A stretch of DNA of 39,892 nt from positions 1-39,892 of the IMG/VR virus record IMGVR_UViG_3300009117_000002; one strand, 5' to 3'. The notes beneath the pieces are model-generated. The model searched no databases and was not told the DNA's origin. It saw only the letters and a list, made by a program, of their open reading frames with translations. The DNA is from a virus (lineage: Duplodnaviria; Caudoviricetes). Positions 37,493-39,892 of this stretch are shown in pieces (position 1 is the stretch's first letter; each line of letters begins with the position of its first letter). Position numbers and translations under genes: made by a program.

Positions 37493-37514
37493 CAACGAGG
37501 GGAGGTGATTACCC

Positions 37515-37676
37515 ATGAAATTACAAGACCTGCCAAAGGAAACGATGGTTATTGGCATAGGTAACGCAGAGAGGGAAGTTCCCTATGGCTCACGGTTTAC
37601 AAAAGAAGAATTAAAGAGAGCTGAGCCGATAGTTAAGCACTTGGAGGGTTTAACCATCAACTCAGCTGCGAGTTAA
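37515..37676 (+). CDS. Small hypothetical protein (possibly truncated)
   Basis: GGAGGTG RBS; 53 codons. Confidence 0.45.
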   Translation: MKLQDLPKETMVIGIGNAEREVPYGSRFTKEELKRAEPIVKHLEGLTINSAAS

Positions 37677-37801
37677 AGGTGTTTGCATGATGTTCACCCC
37701 CTTCCCTGTGTGGTATGGGTAGCTTGGACACCTACTTTCTTCGACATAGGGAAGGAAAAACCTACTAAATTGTCAAGGAGCGAAATAAGGAGGGCAGTCT
37801 G

Positions 37802-37960
37802 ATGGCAATCTACACCCACAAGCGTACCGGAGAACTCATCTCAGTCGTTCAAGGCGATGATGGCAACTACATCAGCGATGAAGAATTCGACCGTGTCGCC
37901 AGACTGCTCTTTGAGATGGCATATCCCATAGATGGTGAAGAAAGCGAGGAATCCGCTTAG
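37802..37960 (+). CDS. Small acidic hypothetical protein
   Basis: AAGGAGG RBS; MAIYTHKRTGEL... Confidence 0.55.
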   Translation: MAIYTHKRTGELISVVQGDDGNYISDEEFDRVARLLFEMAYPIDGEESEESA

Positions 37961-37997
37961 TTTTTCTTCTATCCTAACCCGGAAAGGGGGTGACACG

Positions 37998-38477
37998 ATG
38001 ACCAAAAGAGCCACATTGCAACATGAAAACAAGCCGAATCTGCTAGGACAGGCCAGGAAAAAGGCAGGAGTCTCCAAGGCGGCTGTCTATGAAGAACTTT
38101 TCATCGACCACCGGAAACTGCGGGCATATGAGACGGGGAATGAACCACCGGCAGTCATCGGATTCGTCCTGGACGCCGCAGAGCTCTACGGCGACCCCAC
38201 GCTGCCTGAACGCTATTTTGCTCAATGGCTGGGGCGGAAAATCGAACCCCGCGACCTACCCGGTGCAGTTCTTGGCATCCTGGCCGAGTACGATGACGTC
38301 CGCGAGATCCGGAGCCGGCTGATTGAAATCGCCGAGGACGGCACAATCGACGAAAAGGAACGGGCAGACTTCGACCGGGTTATGGCGGAGCTCCTGGAGC
38401 TGGAACAAAGGATTGAATCGCTCCGGTACTGGGCGGCAGAACACTTATACCGGGGAGAAAGGGGGAAGGCAGCATGA
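37998..38477 (+). CDS. XRE-HTH phage regulatory protein (CII-like C-terminus)
   Basis: ARKKAGVS..LRAYETG; IAEDGTIDEKE..DF. Confidence 0.75.
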   Translation: MTKRATLQHENKPNLLGQARKKAGVSKAAVYEELFIDHRKLRAYETGNEPPAVIGFVLDAAELYGDPTLPERYFAQWLGRKIEPRDLPGAVLGILAEYDDVREIRSRLIEIAEDGTIDEKERADFDRVMAELLELEQRIESLRYWAAEHLYRGERGKAA

Positions 38478-38656
38478 TCAGATACGAGGGCACAATCGCA
38501 GGCTTCCGCACATACGCCCTGCCAACTCTCAGACGGGCTGCTATGAAGGGGCTAAGCATCCGGGATGACAGGCAGAGGATACAGCGGGAGCTGCGAAAGG
38601 CGGAAGTGAAAGACGTTCGGGACCAGGTCCTGCGGGGACCGAAACCGGCAGCGTAG
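38474..38656 (+). CDS. Hypothetical protein
   Basis: ORF coupled to the previous gene (ATGA). Confidence 0.5.
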   Translation: MIRYEGTIAGFRTYALPTLRRAAMKGLSIRDDRQRIQRELRKAEVKDVRDQVLRGPKPAA

Positions 38657-38667
38657 GGGGTGGTTGA

Positions 38668-38853
38668 GTGAACTGGTGGGGGCTCAGTTTCATTGGGATG
38701 TGCATCGCCGCCTGTGCCGTGCTGTTTCTCCTCATCCATCTGGACGACAGAGAGGCCGAGAGACGGGAAAGAAGGGCGGTTGAGACCATCAGGCGGATGG
38801 CTGAAGACGAAAAGATCGTTTTTCTCGAGGACCAGAGAAGGGGGGTGAGGTAG
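38668..38853 (+). CDS. Small membrane protein
   Basis: N-terminal hydrophobic helix. Confidence 0.55.
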   Translation: MNWWGLSFIGMCIAACAVLFLLIHLDDREAERRERRAVETIRRMAEDEKIVFLEDQRRGVR

Positions 38854-39159
38854 ATGGAGACAGGATGCAGCTACACAGCGAAACAGGCGGCGCCGGGGCC
38901 AGAGGGAGCCGCCATCGACAGCCAACTGGAGCAGCTGGCAGAGGCTATTGACGGGTATGGGAAACTCCTCAATATGCTTACAGCGATTGCATGTGTCCAG
39001 GCGCCGGATGTGGAGGCGCCACGGTCCGAACTCGTGCCGGACACGATCGCCGCTGCGTTGGAACAAAACACGGTCAATCTCGTCAGCTGCAATAGCATGC
39101 TAGAGAGCGTTTGCTCCCTGCTGAAAAAACAACTTGGCCAGATAAAAATCATTCCGTGA
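38854..39159 (+). CDS. Hypothetical protein
   Basis: GAGGT RBS; abuts the previous ORF. Confidence 0.6.
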   Translation: METGCSYTAKQAAPGPEGAAIDSQLEQLAEAIDGYGKLLNMLTAIACVQAPDVEAPRSELVPDTIAAALEQNTVNLVSCNSMLESVCSLLKKQLGQIKIIP

Positions 39160-39171
39160 GGGGGGAGAGCC

Positions 39172-39444
39172 ATGGTAAAAGTTGACCAGGTCGTTTCCTG
39201 GATATACCGGGGGCGCAGGCTCAAGGGCATCGTCAGGGCAGTTGTGGAGCCGGGGGAAGACGCCCTCCAAAAGTGCCCGCACCTGCAGTTTACTCCAGAA
39301 GCACGAGCACACTTCCGGCATGTGTCAGATGTGCGCCGGGTACTGATTGAATCGCACAGGGACAGCCCGAACGGCCGCCGGCATTATGCGAGGTTTTATA
39401 TGCCGCCACTGTCGGCGATTGAAAGGGGCGAGGCAAGTGGCTGA
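39172..39444 (+). CDS. Hypothetical protein
   Basis: GGGGGAG RBS; V.W......KG.V..VV.PGE pattern. Confidence 0.6.
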   Translation: MVKVDQVVSWIYRGRRLKGIVRAVVEPGEDALQKCPHLQFTPEARAHFRHVSDVRRVLIESHRDSPNGRRHYARFYMPPLSAIERGEASG

Positions 39445-39544
39445 TCTGTTGATGTTGGGCGTGTTGGCGATATTGGTAGGTGCAATAGTCGAGAGCGCAA
39501 AGAAATAAGCGGCCCCGCCAGGCCGCCTGAAAGGTGGTGAAAAA

Positions 39545-39763
39545 ATGTCGATTCCTATGCTTGATAGTAGCACAAAGAAGCGGAAATCTCAAGAGCACAA
39601 GAATCACTGGTTCCGCAAATACGCCGAAACTGTACCCGTGCAATACTTGGCAAATGCCTTGGTAGGCGCAGTCCGGGTGACGGTATATACCTTCGGCAGC
39701 GATAGGGAAAAGATGCGGAAGATACGAGAGCTCGTTGAAATTTTTGACGAGCTGGATAGGTAG
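39545..39763 (+). CDS. Hypothetical protein
   Basis: AGGTGGTG RBS. Confidence 0.55.
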   Translation: MSIPMLDSSTKKRKSQEHKNHWFRKYAETVPVQYLANALVGAVRVTVYTFGSDREKMRKIRELVEIFDELDR

Positions 39764-39812
39764 AGAGTTCCGGCCACACCCCCAGGTGGCGCCCGGTGGG
39801 GCCGGATAAATC

Positions 39813-39892
39813 TTGCAGGGGGCGGCGTGGTGGGGACACGCTGGGCGTGAAGGAAGTAACGGCGGGAGCGCTCCTATAGGAGTGGCCCATAT
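39813..39892 (+). ncRNA. 5' half of the tRNA-like RNA (continues at 21-72)
   Basis: Acceptor-like 5' strand TTGCAGGGG; D-arm-like GCGTG-GTGGGGA-CACGC; TGGGC/GCCCA stem. Confidence 0.6.

Noticed and set aside
39813-39892. Canonical tRNA gene or tRNA-derived att site
   Set aside because: No 7-nt anticodon loop or CCA, and it is far from the integrase; kept only as a tRNA-like RNA

Overview
The window is an apparently complete, circularly permuted ~39.9-kb temperate siphovirus genome; its last 20 nt repeat its first 20 nt. The host is probably a Firmicute/Clostridia bacterium, judging by GGAGGTG RBSs, a GH25-LysM endolysin and an A118-like head-tail module. Modules in order: recombination/replication/DNA modification (1-8.9 kb), packaging and head (9.3-16.8 kb), tail (16.8-30.2 kb), lysis (30.3-31.8 kb), a sce7726/Beta cargo pair, large serine integrase with attP, ImmA/ImmR-like immunity region and early genes. 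Most notable: (1) a PBECR-like RNase domain fused to the minor capsid protein has no downstream immunity ORF but is followed by a self-contained promoter-RNA-terminator unit folding into a kissing-loop RNA, a candidate RNA antitoxin; (2) a DGR target/TR pair with adenine-specific variation but no RT gene, which appears replaced by an 81-bp copy of the target gene; (3) a tRNA-like cloverleaf with a 38-nt expanded anticodon loop across the circle junction; (4) three perfect parS/Noc-hybrid palindromes; (5) a predicted attP inside the integrase 3' end; (6) sigma-H-like promoters in front of the cargo genes. All protein family calls come from motif recognition by eye, not database searches.
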